Positions 15,956 through 18,031 of a stretch of DNA of 18,031 nt are shown here, in pieces. Under the pieces are notes generated by a model. The model saw only the letters and a program-made list of their open reading frames with translations, was not told where the DNA came from and ran no database searches. The position numbers were made by a program, and so were the translations under genes. Positions within the stretch are counted from its first letter, which is position 1, and every line of letters starts with the position of its first letter. This DNA comes from an archaeon. GTDB taxonomy: Archaea; SpSt-1190; DYHY01. The stretch is taken from NCBI GenBank assembly GCA_043803745.1, contig JAZDJS010000027.1:1-18031 (forward strand). Reading direction: 5' to 3'.

Positions 15956-16285
15956 TCAAGGATAAATCGCAAACCGTCCCAGTCGTTTCAGAAGGAAGGG
16001 AATCAACTCAGGATCGTTTCTTTGAAAGTAACTCGGAACGTCCAGGATTTGCATTTTTCTCTTTGATATCCCTGGAAAGGTAATTAGAATTCTTTCTCTG
16101 TGCCAACCTTCCATTACAAAAACTCGGTCTGCCCAAGAAAGCAGCTCTCCGGAAAGGATTGTTTTTGCATGAGAATGAATTCCTGCCGATTTTGCCTCAA
16201 ATCGCTCGCTATTGGCGAAAAGCTCAGCTACTGCCGGGCTTCGATCTATATTACTAGAGCAAACAAATAAGAGGTGCTCTTTCAC
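15956..16285 (-). CDS. LMW-PTP/ArsC-fold CX5R phosphatase (COG4551-like) #1
   Basis: LLFVCSSNIDRS, AKSAGI, LLSWADRVFVME, ILDVP...DPEL. GTG start overlaps the upstream TGA (GTGA). Confidence 0.9.
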   Translation of the reverse strand: MKEHLLFVCSSNIDRSPAVAELFANSERFEAKSAGIHSHAKTILSGELLSWADRVFVMEGWHRERILITFPGISKRKMQILDVPSYFQRNDPELIPFLLKRLGRFAIYP

Positions 16286-16716
16286 TTTATTATCACAGTT
16301 ATTATCCCGTCAAGGAGTGGCTTAGTTGTGATTGCAATCGCCCGATATTTTGAAGTCTTGCTTGCTTTCAAGACGGCCTTTGTTGTTCTAGGATAAAGCA
16401 TTGCGTTGTCAAAAACCACAACCCTTTCCTTGCGTTTTGGTGCGTTTGTTTCCATCAACTCTGTTTTTTCAACAATTTCTGGAACGCCCGTAGGATCGTC
16501 CTCAATTAGACCCGCTTCAAACTCTTCGATTGTTCCGTTACACGTGGAATAGGTATACCACCGACTTTTATCGTTGTTTTCAAGAAGTTCGTAAGTTCTG
16601 GTTTTTCCTGAGCCATTTTCGCCTATTATCTGTATGGGGCCTTTGGTCGCTTCTAAAACATTGAATAATCCGTTCCAATCACCTGTCTTTACCACAAAAA
16701 CTCCTGCGCTTGCCAT
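16282..16716 (-). CDS. Minimal P-loop NTPase, 144 aa
   Basis: Walker A IQIIGENGSGKT, Walker B VVVFDNA, IAITTK strand. ATG 16716 preferred, with minus-strand ATTAAAA ~25 nt upstream. Confidence 0.75.
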   Translation of the reverse strand: MASAGVFVVKTGDWNGLFNVLEATKGPIQIIGENGSGKTRTYELLENNDKSRWYTYSTCNGTIEEFEAGLIEDDPTGVPEIVEKTELMETNAPKRKERVVVFDNAMLYPRTTKAVLKASKTSKYRAIAITTKPLLDGIITVIIK

Positions 16717-16760
16717 AGAAGGTATCAGGCCTCTGGAAGTTTTAATCAGGGCAGGAACAC

Positions 16761-16913
16761 TTGAAAGTAGGGAGCTCGGTTTGGCCCGGAAAGCAAAGAA
16801 AACGTATCGGATTAGTGAGACTGAAAATAGACTCCCTACGTCCATATGAGGAACTGCTTGACCTTGGCCGGGTAATTGCTCCGGGGTGGGGGTCCCTTAA
16901 ACCCTATAGATAG
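16761..16913 (+). CDS. Possible 50-aa small protein (not in ORF track)
   Basis: TTG 16761 to TAG 16913: MKVGSSVWPGKQRKRIGLVRLKIDSLRPYEELLDLGRVIAPGWGSLKPYR; AGGA just upstream. No recognised motif. Confidence 0.25.
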   Translation: MKVGSSVWPGKQRKRIGLVRLKIDSLRPYEELLDLGRVIAPGWGSLKPYR

Positions 16914-17005
16914 ATGACGGTACGGGGCGGCCTTACAGTCCCAACGTGCAATCCACTCGTTCTGAAAAACAAAATCAATATTTATTTGAAGCGCCGTTAT
17001 AATAA

Positions 17006-17392
17006 ATGCAAAAGATACTTTTTGTATGTAGCGAAAATGTTCGACGAAGCAAGACTGCCGAGGTCATATTTTCTCGCACGTATGAAACCCGGTCGGCAGG
17101 GCTGTTTTGCAAAAACACCGACAAAACCACTCAAATGAACGGCGATCTCTGGAATTGGGCCGATATTGTCTTTGTGTTTGAGGAAATTCATGTGAAGGAG
17201 TTGGAGAGCATATATCCTGACTCGTTTGCCAATAAGCTGGTCGTCAATCTCGAAATTCTGGATATGTATCGCTATATGGCGGATAATTTGGTCTATTCGC
17301 TGAAGCACAAGGTGCCGCGATGCCGGCCCTATCTTCGCAAAAAGAGGCTCAAGGGCGCAGTAGTCAGATGGAAAATGATAGGACACGTTTAG
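17006..17392 (+). CDS. LMW-PTP/ArsC-fold CX5R phosphatase (COG4551-like) #2 with basic C-terminal tail
   Basis: ILFVCSENVRRS, TRSAGL, WADIVFVFEE, VNLEILDMYRYM, tail PYLRKKRLKG. Confidence 0.9.
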   Translation: MQKILFVCSENVRRSKTAEVIFSRTYETRSAGLFCKNTDKTTQMNGDLWNWADIVFVFEEIHVKELESIYPDSFANKLVVNLEILDMYRYMADNLVYSLKHKVPRCRPYLRKKRLKGAVVRWKMIGHV

Positions 17393-18030
17393 TTTGGCTG
17401 AACGAGTGTTTGGTTCTTGTTTGTGTATTTAGTGTAAAGTTCGAATAATATTTCAAGACGCTCCAGATCTGTCTTTAGACTTTTTTTCGTGTAAAGTTTC
17501 TCAATCTCCCTATCAAGTTTTGTGTGCAAAGTTCTCAATGTTTTCGGCATTCTTAAAGGATCATATAACCCGGCATAAGTTTCTCCTTTGTCTAAATGAC
17601 TCTTTCTTTCAGCAAGCAATTCACCCACCAGCGTTTCAATTTTTTTCTTTGAGGTCGCGCTAGGTTCCGGCCAAGGAAAGGTGTTGTAAATGACATCATT
17701 CGAGTATCTGAATCGCCCTTCAAGTCGTCCACCTATTTGGCTCATCCAAGTCATATGCATTCTCGATGTAAGCACTCCAAATTGAAATACGCTCAAACCT
17801 TCTACCGTTGCACACGAATTGTTAGCGATTTCTCCCTTTTCCATAAACGCCATTGGGATGTATTCCCGTTTTTCTGAAGAAACTAAGGGTATCAACAAGT
17901 ATTTGCTTTTAGGCTGGCGTATCTCTCCAAAGAGATAAGGAGTCTGCGCTAGTTTCAGGGTTGCGCCACGTTTGCTTTTTTGTCTATGCTCTTTGACCTT
18001 GTTTATTCTTTCCAGTATAGCTGGTAGATT
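17389..18030 (-). CDS. MmeI-family type IIL restriction-modification enzyme, C-terminal TRD region (partial)
   Basis: Frame open from the window end: ...SKRGATLKLAQTPYLFGEIRQPKSKYLLIPLVSSEKREYIP...MHMTWM...GGRLEGRFRYS..IYNTFPWP...LYDPLRMP...ERLEILFELY. Confidence 0.93.
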   Translation of the reverse strand, partial: NLPAILERINKVKEHRQKSKRGATLKLAQTPYLFGEIRQPKSKYLLIPLVSSEKREYIPMAFMEKGEIANNSCATVEGLSVFQFGVLTSRMHMTWMSQIGGRLEGRFRYSNDVIYNTFPWPEPSATSKKKIETLVGELLAERKSHLDKGETYAGLYDPLRMPKTLRTLHTKLDREIEKLYTKKSLKTDLERLEILFELYTKYTNKNQTLVQPN

Positions 18031-18031
18031 T

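Larger units (their letters stand above)
15350..18031. mobile_element. AT-richer, horizontally acquired defence-type island (runs past window end)
   Basis: Visible drop in GC and switch to A/T-ending codons after ~15350; nuclease and R-M cargo. No integrase or transposase in view. Confidence 0.6.

Noticed and set aside
15172-17218. Relic/intact phosphatase pair as a DGR template/variable repeat
   Set aside because: Mismatches fall on A, C and T of the intact copy rather than only adenines, many are synonymous, and no reverse transcriptase is visible.
15956-17392. Arsenate reductase / ars operon
   Set aside because: No arsR, acr3/arsB or arsM nearby; the motifs fit COG4551-like phosphatases better.
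1-18031. CRISPR array, tRNA/rRNA, integrase or transposase
   Set aside because: No regularly spaced repeats, cloverleaf or recombinase motifs found by eye; the phased repeats at 11994-12040 are too short and lack spacers.

Overview
Archaeal chromosomal segment, probably DPANN-type (inferred from the HMf-type histone, archaeal-type TIM, a class III signal peptide and TATA-box promoters, many apparently leaderless). Bases 1-15160 are GC-rich core/accessory genes: a pilin-like protein, an orphan PIN nuclease, a glpX-fba-tpiA cluster, a zincin-like protein, a MacB-type ABC/COG1361 operon divergent from a multi-TM protein plus wHTH regulator, pfkB with a LacD-like aldolase, dcd, a histone, a Thr-type sulfatase-like hydrolase and corA. 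From about 15350 to the end the DNA is visibly AT-richer and looks like a defence island: PD-(D/E)XK nuclease, CX5R phosphatase, minimal P-loop NTPase, second CX5R phosphatase and the 3' end of an MmeI-family type IIL R-M gene. At the island's left edge is an unannotated, rearranged, GC-richer relic of the second phosphatase gene. The best candidates for new systems are the NTPase/phosphatase/nuclease module and the kinase-free membrane protein + wHTH pair with a symmetric operator facing the ABC operon. All calls come from motif reading by eye; no searches were run.
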